Shown one piece after another: positions 62,176-64,000 of a stretch of 64,000 nucleotides of DNA. Position numbers and translations under genes: made by a program. Every line of letters starts with the position of its first letter. Position 1 is the first letter of the stretch. The notes beneath the pieces were generated by a model. That model saw nothing but the letters and a program-made list of their open reading frames with translations, was not told the DNA's origin and did no database searches. Origin of the DNA: Squalus acanthias (taxonomy: Eukaryota). The stretch lies in assembly GCA_030390025.1 (NCBI GenBank), contig CM059432.1, positions 45,138,001-45,202,000 of the forward strand. Direction: 5' to 3'.

Positions 62176-64000
62176 GGCCGCGATTTTGTGCCTGGAAGCG
62201 GGATGGTGGCTGGTCCACTGGTCGGCGGGTTCTGGACCCACTCCCAGTTCGACCCGCCCTGCAGTTGAAATTTTGCGTTGATTAGCCTCGTTAAGGCCGA
62301 TGTGCGGGTTCTTCAAGGCAATCGCTGGGTGCGGGTCAGTTACTCACGTCTGATGAGTCGATGTTGGACTGATTATTTAAAGGGGCCATGTCTCCTCTGC
62401 AGATTCATTTCCGTTTTGTTCCCTGAAGTGCTGGCTGCTGAAGGTTTGGCAGCGCAAAAACCTAAGGCTGCTCCCCGCTTTGATCAGGACTCCCTCCTTG
62501 CTCTTGTGGAGGGAGTAAGAGAATATAATAAGGTCCTCTTCCCTGGAGACAGAAGGAGGAGGCCTCCTCAGCATACCAAGGCAGCTTGGCTGCAAATTGC
62601 TGAGGAGGTCAGATCGAGGTCGGTCTACATACATACCTGGGTGCAGTGTCGCAAGAGGTTTAATGATCTGTTGCGATCAGCAAAAGTGAGTATAATATCA
62701 CACTTAACTTCCATATGCCTCCCATCTCTTCTCATCCCCATCACTCTGCATTGGCAACCTTCCCCTGCACATCCCAACTCACTCTAACATCCCTTGCACC
62801 CTCACCCATCCCTCTCTTTCTCTGTACAGAATCACGTCACCATCTTACTATGCTCCACTCACACTCTTATGCAATACCAACATCTAACAACGCACAGGGA
62901 AGGAACTTGGTTTGTGCACCTCACTCCTTCATAGTCTCCCTCTAAACATCTATCTCATCTATTCTTTACACTCACTCCATCAATGTCTCTCAAACTCCAC
63001 TTGTGTCCCTCATTACAGGAGAAGAGAGCCCACAATAAAAGAGAGAGGGGGAGGACAGGGGGATGACAGGAGGAGGCCCACCATCATTGGCGCACCTAAC
63101 GAGCGCTGAGGAGGCAGCCCTGGAGATTGTCGGAGGTGCAGAGGAGCTGGAAATGGGGGACGGAGAGACGGGCGTAGAAGAGCAAGCTGGTGACAGAATT
63201 GATTTCCAACCTGCTGATTTAGCATTCATGAGTGACTAATGTGGGATATGATGTTCATAGAGATTAAGTGCTAAGCATCTGCACAATGGGATGTGTCTGC
63301 AACATACATTTCACTTGTCTAACTCAGGCCTTTACTCTCCCACAGGACCATCGAGAGCCCCACTCCCCACTGTCCAGAAGGAAGAGCAGGAGCACTCCTC
63401 AGAGGAACCACCAGTCTCTGAGGGAGCAGCATCACCAGCAGTCAGCGCACCCAGCACCAGCGCAGAGACACACACCTCGGTGGGTTTTTTGCGAGATAGA
63501 GTAGTGTTGTCACCTGGTGTATCACAGCTCACAAGTGAGCAGGAGCAGATGTTGGAGACAGGGACAGCAGTGGAGAGTCCTCATCAGAGGACGCAGGGCT
63601 CTCTCAGCTCTGCTCAGCTGCATTTAAATGTTGAGCCTCTGTGGCCATCCAGAAAGAGAGCGGTGCTGGAGCTTCAGGAACAAGTGCAGGAGGCTTTGAG
63701 TGGGTTTGCTTCCATGGTAACTGCGAGTGTGCAGAGAATGGAGGAGTCCATCTTAAACATTAGCAATGCCGGGGTGAACGCTATGGGCAATCTAGGTGCC
63801 GCCATGGGAAGGATGGCAACCTCCATGGAGGACCTAACTAGCCAGACACAAGCCAACATGGTGGCTCTTCTAGATAGATGGGCAGCTATGGAGGATAGAA
63901 GGCCATCTATCGTGGAGATGAACCAGAGGTACATGGATGTCCTGGTTATGAGGACTGTTAGTACAGAGACGGGTCCACATGGCCCCACTGATATGCAGCA
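62176..64000 (+). mobile_element. Harbinger left end with Myb gene (exons ~62445-62685, 63019-63189, 63346-window end)
   Basis: TIR GGCCGCGATTTTG; APRFDQDSLLALVE..TWVQCRKRFNDL; exon 2 has a net 11-nt insertion. Confidence 0.9.

Overview
Eukaryotic, repeat-saturated DNA. The CR1, Penelope and DeuSINE families point to a cartilaginous fish (inference). I recognise no host gene, only weak candidate micro-exons. Main contents: (1) about 25 PIF/Harbinger DNA-transposon insertions from several families. These include a near-intact two-gene element (54088-58361: three-exon Myb/SANT gene convergent with a DDE transposase), transposase-deleted but Myb-retaining derivatives, ~0.7-0.85 kb non-autonomous elements and ~190 bp palindromic MITEs, mostly with 3-bp AT-rich TSDs. 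(2) Many CR1 LINE fragments. (3) A Penelope-like element with an open 650-aa RT/GIY-YIG ORF, an 11-bp TSD and a minimal hammerhead ribozyme, plus hammerhead-type ends of a second Penelope family. (4) DeuSINEs. (5) A probable ~1.8 kb LTR. Nesting is extensive. Nothing here is demonstrably a new system. The best leads are the Myb-only Harbinger subfamily, the inward-facing splice-donor pairs in non-autonomous Harbingers, the hammerheads and the long LTR.
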